DNA from: Paraspadella gotoi
Lineage: Eukaryota; Animalia; Chaetognatha
Direction of reading: 5' to 3'
NCBI GenBank assembly: GCA_051294375.1
Contig: CM119269.1
Coordinates: 18,526,471-18,590,470 of the forward strand
Length of the DNA stretch: 64,000 nucleotides
The notes beneath the pieces were generated by a model. The model had not been told where the DNA came from. It ran no database searches and was given only the letters and a program-made list of their open reading frames with translations. Numbering within the stretch: the stretch's first letter is position 1; every line of letters begins with the position of its first letter. Of this stretch, positions 43,754 to 57,402 are shown piece by piece. The translations under genes were made by a program, and so were the position numbers.

Positions 43754-44721
43754 CTCGAACGAACAAACGTCTCTGGTTAGCAGCATTGCTAATTAAATGG
43801 CTAAGAATAATACTATTTATTCAAGAATTTTTTTAGTAGTCGTTTCTTGTCTCGGCCTTGGCGAACCGCTGCTAAAATAATAAACGACTGTCGTTTCAAA
43901 ACTGGTCTCTCCCTCTCTCTCTCGCTCTCTCTCTCTCTCTCTTTCTTTTTTCTTTCTTTCCCTTCGGATAACTAATTAACTCTAGCTACGGTAACCTCGT
44001 CGCGAAAGTCGAAGGCTGAAAAACATTAGAACAGCTTGTAACATGAGGAATATTGATTTATGTTGCAATGTATCTTAAAAGAATTGAAAAATTATAAAAC
44101 AGTATGAAAAAAGAAGTATTTAAAATCAACTGCGTAAAAAGTACCAAATGAAAACAACGTATTAAGTAGGCCAAGAGAGGCAAGCTCCTTGATAATGGGA
44201 GAAGGAAGTAAGCAAGTAAGGAAGTAAGGAAGTAAGCCTAGAGAGGCAAGCTACGTTGAAAATATAAAAATTTGCTTTTGAGATTAAGTTACATTCCAAG
44301 TAAACTGCACGACTTAAAAACTATATCTTCTTTAGGGCTTATGCCTTAGCCTACTTCTCACACCTTTTAAGTAGTAAATATACGTATCAACTTTAAAAAA
44401 AACATTTTCACTTTATATTAAAATATGAAAAAAAAATTATTTTCTAAATCCGCACGAAAAATTTTTGTTTTTCACTGCTTTAAATTCGTCGCAATAAATT
44501 ATTTGTGATAAAAAAGTAGACATTTGAAAAGTTTTTATTTGATCAAGAAATATTAAATCAACCATAGTACAAATATATTTTACAACTCGAGATGTATGCC
44601 GAAAAGAAATTGCCATAGGCCCTTCACAGCGATTTAAACATAGCGGCAGAATTTGTGAACCTGAGCTTTTTCAATTATACTCAAATTTTTATGAACAGGT
44701 CACGTACAGCCTTCAGTCGTA

Positions 44722-45502
44722 CGATCCTGCGCAAAAAAATCGCGCCACTTTATTTCAGACTTTAAAAAATCACCCTAAATACTTAAATTTTTTTTACATT
44801 TTAAAAATGATTTAAAGCTGATAAGTTTGGCATAAATTTTATTAAAATTGGGTCATCTGTTTAGAAGCAATGATTTTTAAAAATGAAGTACTTTACCACA
44901 AAGCTGAATATAAAAAATATGATAGATTTAAGACTAATCTTTTTTATTTTGATATTTTATAATATTTTAACTAAAGTAAATTATATTAAACATCTGGAGG
45001 GATAGCTGGATAACTGGATTGGCATAGATCCCTAAATAATAAATTGCTGACGTTTTTTTATTTTTTTACTCCCAGTAATCCAGCTTGATTACTTTCTTAG
45101 TTATGTGCTTATCAATGTGATGATAAAATTTTTTTAAAAATAATTTTTTTACTTTTTGAATAGAACCTTCCTATTATAGGATATATTTTTATAAAAAAAA
45201 TTAAATATTTTAAAATTTTGGTTTATCTAACAGATGACAATGGAGTACGTTTGTGAGCAATCTGAATATCAAAAGCTTTTTCATATAGAGTTTTTTTTTG
45301 TAGTCTTTTTAGTTAAAAAAATCCGATTTTCCCATTTGGTTTTGGAACATTGAAGTTTAAAAAATTATATCTCCTAAACCACTTGACCGATTGTAATAAA
45401 ATTTTAACATATTGAATCATTTAAAAAAAAAAAAATTATATAATTTTTAAAAATCTATAATTTAAAGTTATAAAGCGGCGCGTTTTTTTTTGCACAGGAC
45501 TG
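44722..45502. mobile_element. Tc1/mariner-like MITE
   Basis: TA-flanked imperfect TIRs CGATCCTGCGCAAAAAAATCGCGCCACTTT and AAAGCGGCGCGTTTTTTTTTGCACAGGACTG, with an AT-rich non-coding interior. Confidence 0.65.
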
Positions 45503-46494
45503 TATACTACTATTCTCCAAAGTAGAATACCTGTTTTCGTACCCTTTATTCCCGCCTGTTTTTCAGGTCAAGAATTTTCCACCGAGGTTTCAGAGGGTTT
45601 TCCAGGTCCCAGATTTTTCTTTTCCCGGTCTGGAGTCCGAGCTTAACTCGACTTCCCTTCCCGACAACAAAAGATTCCGCTTCTCGTGACAAATCGTTTC
45701 TCGTTTGTGGTGGCGCCTCGAATCCTCCGAGTCTCGCGCCAGACGCCGCTCCACTTCCGGTTTGGTTTCCATGGAGGACCGGCGTCTCGCGTTGCCAGGG
45801 AAGCCGAGACCAATTGGAGCTCGAGTTGGAGTCCGTTATCCCAACGTTGACTTAAAAGGAGCGAAGGAGCAAAAACCGACTCCAGTCAAGTCTTTTTTTT
45901 TTATGGGGGTGAGGTGTAAAACCAACATTTTAGAATTATGTAACTTTTCGCTCATATATAGATACAGGTTACAACAATTTTTCTGTTAAAACTTCTGCAA
46001 TTAGAAACTTGTAAAGATAGTCCATATCAGTTCCAGACAGTCATTGGTGGATGGCCCATTGGTGGGTTAGGGTCCCCAACCTTGTACTGCAAGATAATAA
46101 AATAGCAGGAGCCGGCAAGATTTCAATCTAGTCTACTTTATTAACTCTCAGAGAACTTGGCTTCCTTATCAGTGAATTGGTATAATGTATTTTAGATTGT
46201 TTCAAGTGTATTAAAGGAGCACGCCCTTAAAAATTATGGTTCGTTGAATTTGAAACTTCACATTCGGATATTTCGACACCGCACCCAGTTCGTCAATTCT
46301 CTAATCCCAACCAATCAAAAATAACGTGGAATCTAAAGAATCAAAATCCTCTTTGGATTTTGCCTAAATATAATTTTCTTCATTAGAATCGTAAGGCGAT
46401 ACTTAAAGCCGCTTTTATATCGTGAGAATAGGAGACTGGAGACTGGAGACTGTTATGATTGTTCGTCCACAATATAGCCTTTTGTTATTGTTTT

Positions 46495-46645
46495 TAGTTG
46501 CGACGCGAGTACTCGCGGAGCAACTTTATAAGTCACTTTTCGGTCGGTCGGTCGGTCCGTCGGTCTGTTCCACTTATGTTAAAAACGCTTATAGATTGTT
46601 GCTCATTTGTTAAAAATCAAATCTAAGCGACTCCTGGCGTCGCCT
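46495..46645 (+). mobile_element. Helentron/DINE-like element family 2
   Basis: T-run insertion site, AGTTGC..CGCGAGTACTCGCG..GCAACT palindrome, (GGTC)n microsatellite and 3' GCGAC..GTCGC hairpin. A second copy lies at 56470-56676. Confidence 0.65.
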
Positions 46646-47607
46646 TTTTTAATGATAAGTAAAAAGAAAAGTAATGCGGCGCAACACCTTGGAATAACCG
46701 TTCCTAGTTTTTCGTCTGAACACTTGACAGATCGATTAATTCTTGTTATCAAGTAGATAGAAGATACGGTGAACTTATGCAATGCCCGTCTTCATTGTAA
46801 GCTTGCAGGGTCTTCCTATGTTATTATCTTATAAGAGCGACGGAAACCTTAACGTCGGGGATAATTTTGATATTGGTTGTACCAATTTTTTACTAATGAG
46901 CCTCTGAAAAGGAAGGGTGGTTTGCTAACTTATTTAGCTGCCTGCCCATTACGTACTAGCATCATAGCATCATAGCCAAAGATAGTCGACGCCCAGATCA
47001 TTGTCGGTTCTCAACTTCGATTATTTTTTTCAGGGTGCGAAACAAAAAAAAAAAACACCCCATTAAACTGGACCTTGGCAGTAAGCAATTATCTTTTTTC
47101 AAATATATGTAGTTCATTTTTTGCTAATCCAAGTGGAAAAGACGGAGACAATAACGGCGAAAGACTTCTTAAAAGATTTGAATAACAAAGGGGTGATAGG
47201 AAAAACATACAAGTGAAAGTAAAAAAAAATAATAATGATATAAATAAATAGCTGGATATTCGAATTTTGTCGGTCTTTCCCGGAATTTCTTTTTTTCTTT
47301 GCGTGATCCGGATAATTAAGGTTTGTAAGTTACTTTCTACTTTCTAGTATACAATGATAAACATTATATTATATTATAAAATCGGTAAATTTCTCGATGA
47401 AATAATAAATAATAAATAATAAATAATAAATAATAAACAATTTCCCACTAAATGTATTAAATTTAAAGCTACAATTTTCCCATTCGTCTTTCTTTCGGAT
47501 ATTTCATTTCGGTTTTTAACCTCGTTATATCTATACAGATTTTATAATTGGTTTCAAACTTAACATTTTTTTTCAAGAGGTTGTTTTGATCCACGGCGAC
47601 GATAATA

Positions 47608-50600
47608 ATGTTGAAGACGACGTCTTTCTTTTTCGCCCTTTCATTGGCGGCGCCCCAAGTCTGCCAAGCGGCGTTGAAATCCTCAGACAAAACCGGCGTC
47701 GACGAGCGAATCGCCGCCGACTACGCGGAACGATGGGAGAAGACTCAAGCCGCGAGGAAGAAGAGTGCCAGATCTTACGAGTGAGAATATGATGCTTTTA
47801 ATTAATGATGATGACGATGTTGATGATGATGTTGATGATAGTGATGTTGACGATTATGACGATGATGAAGAGGATAATAATGATGACAGTAATAATGATG
47901 ATCTCTCAGATTTTTTTCACTGGACGTGGCATGCCGCTGCTCTTGTCACGTAGCGCCCCCTGGGATGAGACCGGGAGCAACTGAGTGGGCCGTGACCGAT
48001 TGGGGCCCGGGATTCGGTATTTTTGGCCCCCGCTACTCTCTGAAGGGCTACGAGGAGGCCACACCAAGGCGGCGTCATCGGAGGGCGGGCGAGAAATCGA
48101 GTGCAAGAGCGAGAGCAAGCAATAAAGCGAGAGCAAGTAATAAAGCGAGAGAGAAAGCGAGAGAGAAAGCGAGCGGGAAAGCGAGCGGAAAGTCGGTGAT
48201 AACAAGGTTGATGGAAAAGTTGAAAAAGGAAGAAAAGAAGAAGTTTTATTTGAAGAAGATCACGTCAAGGAAAATGGCGGAGGATAATAATAAGAAGAAG
48301 GAAACTGAAGGGAGGAGGAAGAAAATGATTGAGCTGAGAGCGAAGGAAACAAATAAATCTGGAAAGAGTAGGCTGGAGGAAAGGCTGGCGGAGAAAAAAA
48401 AAAGGAAGGAAGCTGAAAGGAGGAGGAAGGAAATGATGGAGCCGAGAGCGAAGGAAACAAATAAATCTGGAAAGAGTACTGTAAAGAAAAAAAAGAAGGA
48501 AGCTGAAAGGAGGAGGAAGGAAATGATGGAGCCGAGAGCGAAGGAAACAAATAAATCTGGAAAGAGTATGCTGGAGGAAAGGCTGGCGGAGAAGAAAAAA
48601 AGGAAGGAAGCTGAAAGGAGGAGGAAGGAAATGATGGAGCCGCGAGCGAAGGAAACAAATAAATCTGGAAAGAGTACGCTGGAGGAAAGGCTGGCAGAGA
48701 AGAAAAAAAGGAAGGAAGCTGAAAGGAGGAGAAAGGAATTCATCGATATGAAAAAGAAGGGAAAAAATAAGTCTGGAGAGATTACGATGGAGGAGAATAA
48801 AGGGAAAGAAGAGGATAAAAAGAGGAAAAAATCCATTGATATGAAAATAAAGGAAAAAGAGAAATCTGGAAAGTTGACGTTAGAGAAGACGCTTGCCAAG
48901 AAAAAGAGGAAGATGACGATAAAGAAAACGGGCATGGATACAAAGGTAACACAAAGAATGAAAGCGTTTTTGAGCGTCTTAACGTTTTAGTAAACTATGT
49001 CTGTTGGGAAAAAAATTGCTGATACATAATGTGCAGCATCATAAGTCACGGCAAAGGTTTTTACAGATTCTAAAACCTCTAATTTACCGCTCAAAGGCTC
49101 GTCACCCCCAGTCCGACGACTCCGCCAAGCCGCGAACTCACGACCCCATCGACGTCGCTGCCCAACGCCTCGTCCAGGAGGCACACGCGGAGGCTTTGGC
49201 ATTGTCAAAGGCGAAGAGTTCGTTCCCCTCGAAAGCATCGATCAAAATGGATTTTCGCCTCGGCCTCTATTGCAACTGTCAGTGCTCCCCTCATGCGCCA
49301 TTTCCGTCAGGAACGCCCCCATGGGAAACGAATCCCACGTCGACGCGGCCCTGGGGAACATACCCCACCGAAATGAAGCCCTGGGAAACGCACCCCACGG
49401 GGACGCCGCGGCCCGGCGAATGCCGAGAGGATCAGTTTCAATGCAACGACGGAAACTGCCTCGCTTACATTTATATTTGCAACGGATTTGGCGACTGCTA
49501 TAACGGTGAAGACGAGATCGGCTGCGACTTTACAACCACATGGTCAACAACCATGACGTCTGATTTTCTCGGAGACGCGACGGCGACGCCCAGGGAATGC
49601 GATGATGATGAATTTCAATGCGACGATGGAAGCTGCATCTCGAACGACTATTTGTGCGACCAAGCTTCGGACTGTTGGAACAACGAGGACGAGATTGGGT
49701 GCAACTTCACAACAGTTACGGCAGGGCCTGTCTCATGCCGTTCGGATCAGTTTGCTTGCTCCAACGGAAATTGCATTCCTGGGTTGTTGCATTGCGATAA
49801 ATACGATAACTGCGGCGATAGCAGCGATGAAGCAAACTGTATCTATGGGTGCACTTCGGAAGAAGTTGCGTGTTCAAACGGGACCTGCGTCCCGAAGAGT
49901 TTTAATTGCAATGGATTCAATGACTGTGGCGACAACTCCGATGAAAAGAATTGCACCAATGAATGCAGTTCTGAAGAATTCACCTGCTCAGCCATTTGGT
50001 GCATTCCAAAAGATTGGGTTTGCGATGGATATAACGATTGTGGCAATGGATTGGACGAAAAAAATTGTACCTGCAGTTCCAATCAATTCTCATGCATAAC
50101 AGGCGGGAAATGTATTCCAGAATCTTTCATCTGCGATAGGGATGACGATTGTGGCGACAATTCAGACGAAATGAACTGCACCTATGAATGCGGTGCAGGA
50201 CAATTTACATGCTCGAACGGCAGGTGCATTTCTGACAGATGGGTTTGCGATGGCGATGACGACTGCCGCGATTACTCCGACGAAAAGAATTGCACCTGCC
50301 TTCGACATCAGTTCGACTGCCTCGACGGGGATTGTATCGACAATGAGTTGGTCTGCAATGGCGAAGCCGACTGCCAGAGCAATCAAGACGAAAACGAATG
50401 CACCTCTTGTTCTCACTTAGCTTTCACGTGCAACGACGGTGTAAGTAAGAGCCTAAAATCGACAGATGCTAGGTAGTATAATAATGTATAATAATATAAA
50501 ATGATCCTAATAATCTTCCCGCCCAACGACAGACCTGCATCAGCGGAAACCGGAGCTGTGACGGCAAAATGGATTGCTCCGCCAGCGAGGACGAAGAGAA

Positions 50601-52302
50601 TTGCGAGGATTGCTCCGACATCCAAGTCGAGGGCGACATTGGCTGCGGACGCCGATTCTTCGTGCAGTCGTTGCCTTCGGAGAGGATCGTCGGAGGAGAA
50701 AAGGCCGTCAGGGGTGAGTAATACCTTAACGATTATCATCGGGGTTTTTTTTTTTACGGAGATAGTTTGGCAACAGCCGGGTTGCCTGTGATACCCATTG
50801 GGAGGGGGCATCTCACTGTTGGCTTTGGGGGCTTCCGACCCTCAGTGACGCCTCCAGTCACTGGCGCGGTTACCCTAGGACGGTCTTGCTTTGACAACGC
50901 AGAGGGAAGTCGTTAGGACTGTGGATGGAACACTACGCCTGGGATGGTGTGTTCTCCCTCTGAGCCAATGGATTTGGCTGAAGGATGATGGACGTGAGGC
51001 GGTGTGAATATACTGCCACAATACCTCATTTCGTAACTTTCTTCTGGAGCTCTTTTAAAAACTAAAATAGCAATTATTACTAATGACTATCGATAACATT
51101 TTTATTCGATAATTATTTCTAGGAGCCTTTCCCTACCAAATTTCTCTTCGCCGCAACGGCGGCCACATCTGCGGAGGAACTATTATTGATCCGACTACCG
51201 TTATTACCGCTGCTCACTGTCTCGGGCTCGACGCAAGCGGCTACAGCATTATGGCGGGTTGGTTTTTTTTTTAACTTTTGCTGTTTTTTATGTCAATATA
51301 TAATGCGATGAGTCAGAGAAAAAAAAAATTCATTCTGTACTTCATCCATCCATTCATATTTTTTCCCTTTCCTTCTTTTCTTTTTTTTCTCCAAGTACTA
51401 AAATGAACATTACGAAAATTACAACTTTATTCCCAGCGTGTCGTAAATATAAGAATTTTCTCGAAATTTCTCGATCTCCATTTCTTGGTTCATCGCAGGC
51501 GAATTTGAACTGGGCAAGAATGAATGCACGGAACAAGTCTCGGTCGTCAAAAGGACGATCCTTCACCCTCGCTACGATGATGAATCCTCGCAAAACGACA
51601 TCGCCATTCTCAAACTGGAAACTGCCCTCTCTTTCAACAAATACATCCAGCCCGCCTGTTTGCCGGAAAGAAACTATTCATATCCTGGCGGGGAGACGGT
51701 GCTCATCAGCGGGTGGGGCGCGTTGCGTGAAGGGGGCAAAGGCCCCGACATCCTCAACGCGGCCGCAATTCCATTGATAACACAGGACAAGTGTCAAAAG
51801 TTGTACGCGTTCCGGTACATTATCACTGACGACATGGTTTGCGCCGCTTACGACGAAGGTGAGTAGAGTTATGGACAATTGGACATTTAGGTGAGGACTT
51901 TAACAACAAATTCCAATTGTCAGTGTATAGTATACAAATTGGCAATATAGCTGTTTCTAAATTTCTAAATGCCTTTTTGAAATTTTTTTTTCCTATTGAA
52001 ACATCTTGAATCCACACTATCCTATTTCAGCATAACCAATTCTTTCCTTCTTAATCCGTCCATCATCATTTCTTTTCCCATCTTTTCTCAACTATTTCCC
52101 CTGCATCTGTTTTTCAGGTGGCATCGACACCTGTCAAGGCGATTCGGGTGGCCCGCTCGTCGCGGCGCCCGACGTCGACGGCGAAACGGGCCTGACTCTC
52201 GTCGGCGTCGTGAGTTGGGGGGTGGGGTGTGCCAGAGAGGGCTCGCCGGGCGTCTACTCGAGGGTCACCCACTTTCTCGATTGGATCGCCGAAAATCGTT
52301 AA
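47608..52302 (+). CDS. Secreted modular trypsin-like (S1A) serine protease: signal peptide, Lys/Glu/Arg repeats, 9 LDLa modules, protease domain
   Basis: Predicted exons 47608-47780 ([21 protein letters not shown]), 47910-48945, 49067-~50439, ~50533-50713 (ER|IVGG), ~51123-51257 (TAAHC), ~51499-51858 (NDIAILKL) and 52118-52302 ([23 protein letters not shown]). The LDLa and protease parts are firm. The join to the two 5' exons is inferred from phase. Confidence 0.8.
48290..48760 (+). repeat. Coding tandem repeat, ~108-nt (36-aa) unit [36 protein letters not shown]
   Basis: About four near-identical copies, one shortened, all preserving frame. Confidence 0.9.
50745..51040 (-). mobile_element. 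GC-rich structured intronic insertion, possibly a SINE
   Basis: About 290 nt of high GC in an AT-rich intron, with several hairpins and an A-run at the 3' end on the minus strand. Confidence 0.3.
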
Positions 52303-53072
52303 TGTCGACCAAGCTATTCTACCGGTCGAGACGGTGTGTCGGCCAAGCGATCTTTGTAACAATCAAGTTTTATTTCATGATATTTTTGAACATATACCAA
52401 AGAATCTAAGCTTTTGGATGAAATCCTAAGTTATGCATTAATACGTATATTTATATTAATGTTTATTCACACCTCCTCAATATAATATATATGTACTATG
52501 ATAAACTTCATTACGCTTCTTTCGGTTCATTAGTTTTCGTTAATCAAAATGAAAAAAAAAATATTGAGTTCGTTTTGAGCTTTTTTTAATGACTTCTTTA
52601 TATTTCTTTTTATGTTTTTTTTTTATATATCTATATTAGCTAGCTATACTTAGCCATACCAGGTGAAAATTTCAGATTTTCTTTCAGCTTAACCTCAGGT
52701 AATATAGAAAATTTTCCGTCCTTGGCGCGAAAACCGATGATAATGATGATGACGACGACGACGACGACGACAACATCCTCCCCGTAATCGTCATCAAAGG
52801 TCGTTGACGAAATTGTTTTATAAGCGCGTTTATGGTGTGGATTCTATCGTGACGCCGTAATGGTCGCGGGAGAAGGGGAGCGTCGGTGACTCACCCTCGG
52901 TTTCGCCGCCTCTACCTCCGCGGCGCTAATGATAGGGTCGTGGCGTCGTGGCCGCGAGGTTTTCGAGTTCGAGCACGGGGAGGGAGTTTAGGTTTGTAGA
53001 GGTTTTTCTTTTCTTTTTTTTTATCGGAAGCATACGAAAGAGAGAGAGAGAGAGAGAGTGAGAGAGAGAGAT

Positions 53073-53135
<63 letters not shown>

Positions 53136-53620
53136 GTCTATATCTCTACTACTACGCGAGGTCACGTTCCCGGCCACGCACGCGCGAACGGCGAAGGCGA
53201 CTCGCGCTCGCGGAATTTTCGAGGCGATTTAACCTGGATGCCCCCGTCGTCGTCGTCGTCGTCGTCGTCAGCATCGATATGGAAAGAAGTCTCTGAAACT
53301 TTTCGGCCAGACTGTGAAGAGAAATAAACGATAATAAACGATGATTTGCATTTTAGATTTTAGATTTTAGATTTTAGATTTTAGATTAAACACCCACTGG
53401 ATATTTAACTGGATGATTATATTACATTCACGCAATTCAAAAAAATGTAAAGTATTCTATCGAAGTGGATAATGACCGACTGACTGACTGACTGACTGAC
53501 TGACAGATTAAAAAACAAGCAATCTTTCCCTTTCGTTCTCCATGCAACAGAAGTCATTCGTTTGAATCTTCGCTCGTAAAAATAATATAAAAATTACGTC
53601 GCTTTCTATGATGCTCGAGG

Positions 53621-53655
<35 letters not shown>

Positions 53656-53850
53656 GATAGAGAAATTTGGGGGAAAGAGACCCTAAGGAGAGCCAAATAA
53701 AGAAAAGAAAAAGAAAGAAAGAAAGAAAAGAAAGAAAGAAAAGAAAGAAAGAAAAGAAAGAAAGAAAGAAGAAAGAAAGAAGAAAGGAGAAATGAATGGG
53801 ATAGAAGTGAGGTGGGGGGGTTGAAATAAATCGTGGAATGTTGATGTTTA

Positions 53851-53912
<62 letters not shown>

Positions 53913-54851
53913 AATGGAGGCAATAATTCAGACTGGGAGGGTGAGTTAAGACAGAAGGGGGAGGCAGGGTAATGGCAAGGGTAAGGACGTTTCAAAGGGC
54001 GAAAAATGCTTCATGCATCTTGAACAATGCCATAAAATCAAATGAGGCCATAAAAATAAAAAATTCATCCAGGGCCGAGGAATTCACTTTTCCTTTTGTG
54101 TTGTGCTCGCGATTTATTTGTCTTTTATTTTCGGCCACTTTATTATTTTATTATTATTTTATAGTTTTCCATCGCTTATATATTCAATTTTAAAATCATG
54201 ACGTGGTGAAGGGTCAACCTCATGCGACTGTTATTACAAAAATCTTATTTTGTTGTGGACCTTCAAAAGAAGTTTAAAAGAAGTTTTTTTTTTTATTAAA
54301 AATAGCAAAAAATGTAGAAAAATGAAATCAAAACTAAATTTATAAAGCTATTCTTTCGTCATGATTTTTCTTTGGTGATAATGAAATGTTGAGAATCCAA
54401 GACAAAATTCGCATAAAAATATTCTTGACTTTTTTTAAGAGATAATGCATACATTTTCCATTTGATCAAAAAATTATGAAAATTCAATTCATCTTCGACG
54501 AGGCTTCTGCCAGGAAATATCTTCTAACGCAAAGTAATGGCCGAGTTCCGTTGTTCTCGTTTCTGGCTTCTTCGTCGTTGTCGTTGTTGTTGTCGTCGTC
54601 GTCATTCTCTTCGGTGGCGACCATGTCATGGTTTTTTTCCTTGTCTTATCTTAGTTGTCTTCTAGTTCTTATATTTACTGTATCGTAGTTGTCGTCGTTG
54701 TTTTTGTGATCGTCGTCAACGTCGTCGTCAACGTCGTCGTCAGCGTCTTGTTCTTATTTTTCTTCGTCTTCTTCGTCGTCGTCTTTTTCGTCATCATCAT
54801 CATTTTCCACTGACTCACGCGCCAATTTTTTATCGAGATTCCCCGTCATTT

Positions 54852-54882
<31 letters not shown>

Positions 54883-54913
54883 TTGCAGCGTAGCAGAAAA
54901 AAAAAATCATTAA

Positions 54914-54983
<70 letters not shown>

Positions 54984-55201
54984 CTCTCCCAACCCATAAA
55001 ATCCCGAGCAGAAAACTCATAACGGAGTAATTGAAGCAGATTTAAAATATCTACGAATCGACCCTCGTTTGGAACGCTCCCTTCTCCAGCCCCCTTCGCC
55101 ACCACCTTCACAACCTCTCTTTCTCCATTTCATATTCCAACCCCAAGTGGCGGATACGAAATGACCCTTTATCTCCGTAAACCCCCTTCTTGCTTAGTAT
55201 A

Positions 55202-55238
<37 letters not shown>

Positions 55239-55441
55239 GCATTACGAAGGGCGAAGGTGACGTATATCTTTTTCTTAACCCAATTCCTCCGGTTGTCGTC
55301 GTTGTTGTTGATTGTTATTGTTTTGACGACAGTTCGACGCCGACTGCGAAGCTAAAACCAAGTTTTCGAATGTCACGTCGCGCGGTTTTTTAAACGACCG
55401 AGGATTTTCGTTGACGGGAGCAACAATTTTAACAGAACGGG

Positions 55442-55724
55442 AAATTAATTTTATTGATATTTTATATCTCGGTCAGAGATAAATACTAAAACTACATTCA
55501 CAAAAAACTTCGGTTATAACGTTTCAAATATTCAACAAATTCTGGGAAATTTGTTTAAAGGGAGCGAAAGCTTAAATTAATTAAATTAATTTTATTGATA
55601 TTATATTTTATATCGCATTCAGAGATAAATACTAAAACTACCTTCACAAAAAAACCTCGGTTATTACGTTTCAAATATTCAACAAATTCTGGGAAATTTG
55701 TTTAAAGGGAGCGAAAGCTTAAAC
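55442..55724. repeat. Tandem duplication of a ~140-bp AT-rich unit
   Basis: AAATTAATTTTATTGATAT...GGGAGCGAAAGCTTAAA occurs twice, head to tail. Confidence 0.9.
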
Positions 55725-56036
55725 TCATCCCAAAAGAAAAAAACATCTTCTCCTTATCGCATCAACATTGAGAAAATGTTTGGAAACTTCAATTTTCAAA
55801 AAAACTTTTCCTCTTTCAAATTCAACGTCGAAATCTTCCTTCTTTCGGGTTTCCAGTTTTTTTTCACATTTTTATTCCATTTTCTATCTTTTTTCTTCTT
55901 TTCATTTTCTTTCCATGTAGGTATGTATGTTCAATTTTGTTTACATTTTTTAAAATATTTTTGTTTGCTAACTTTATCTATCTATCGAGTTAGACGCATG
56001 AAGTTGGAAGAAATTACGTATATTTTGACGCTGTCA

Positions 56037-56069
<33 letters not shown>

Positions 56070-56311
56070 NNNNNNNNNNNNNNNNNNNNNNNNNNNNNNN
56101 NNNNNNNNNNNNNNNNNNNNNNNNNNNNNNNNNNNNNNNNNNNNNNNNNNNNNNNNNNNNNNNNNNNNNNNNNNNNNNNNNNNNNNNNNNNNNNNNNNNN
56201 NNNNNNNNNNNNNNNNNNNNNNNNNNNNNNNNNNNNNNNNNNNNNNNNNNNNNNNNNNNNNNNNNNNNNNNNNNNNNNNNNNNNNNNNNNNNNNNNNNNN
56301 NNNNNNNNNNN
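56070..56311. other. Assembly gap
   Basis: Run of N inside a (CT)n array. Confidence 1.
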
Positions 56312-56469
56312 TCTCTCTCTCTCTATCTCTCTCTCGCCTCGTATTTTTTTACTCTGTTTTCCCCAAAGCATCATTCCGCTTCTCTCCTAATTTTCCCTTC
56401 TCGTGTCGACCTCATATATTTTTCTGCCGAATCCTTTCCTTCCCTATTTTTTTTTGTCCACCCATTTTT

Positions 56470-56676
56470 TAGTTGCGCCGCGAGTACTCGCGGAGCATCT
56501 CTATAAGTCACTTTTCGATCGGTCTGTCGGTCTGTCTGACGGTCTGTCGGTCGGTATATCTGTCCGTCGGTCTGTCCCACTTACGTTAAAAATTCATATA
56601 ATTCGTCTATAGTTGATTGCTCATTTGTTAAGATAGGAAAAAAAAACTTAAATCTAAGTGACTGCGAGCGTCGCCT
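56470..56676 (+). mobile_element. Helentron/DINE-like element family 2, second copy
   Basis: Near-identical ends and palindrome to 46495-46645. Confidence 0.65.
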
Positions 56677-57042
56677 TCAGGAAATCCTAAAACTTTAAAG
56701 AATAAATGACAAGATTCCGATGCACTGAGTGTCAGAAAATCACGTGAAAAATGTCACTGCGGCGCAACACATTTGAATTACCGTTCTTGTTTCTTCCCCC
56801 TCCGCCTCCGCAACGCGGATTCCAAATACTTATCCACTTTCTTCTTCTTCTCTTTCTTCCTGAACTTTCAAACACTCTACCTTCCTCTCGTCGTCTCTTC
56901 TTCCTATCTCCCTTCTTTTCCCTTTCCTCCGTTTCCTTTCCTCCTTCCCCTTCCTCCTAAGTTTCCTCCTCCTCCTCATCTCTCCCTCGACGCAGCCTCC
57001 GCCGACGATTTATGCGCAAGCTTACTACCTCTTCCCCCTTGT

Positions 57043-57402
57043 NNNNNNNNNNNNNNNNNNNNNNNNNNNNNNNNNNNNNNNNNNNNNNNNNNNNNNNNNN
57101 NNNNNNNNNNNNNNNNNNNNNNNNNNNNNNNNNNNNNNNNNNNNNNNNNNNNNNNNNNNNNNNNNNNNNNNNNNNNNNNNNNNNNNNNNNNNNNNNNNNN
57201 NNNNNNNNNNNNNNNNNNNNNNNNNNNNNNNNNNNNNNNNNNNNNNNNNNNNNNNNNNNNNNNNNNNNNNNNNNNNNNNNNNNNNNNNNNNNNNNNNNNN
57301 NNNNNNNNNNNNNNNNNNNNNNNNNNNNNNNNNNNNNNNNNNNNNNNNNNNNNNNNNNNNNNNNNNNNNNNNNNNNNNNNNNNNNNNNNNNNNNNNNNNN
57401 NN
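57043..57402. other. Assembly gap
   Basis: Run of N. Confidence 1.

Noticed and set aside
45565-45880. GC-rich exon-like segment upstream of the protease
   Set aside because: The frames I tested hit stops and there is no in-phase link to neighbouring genes.
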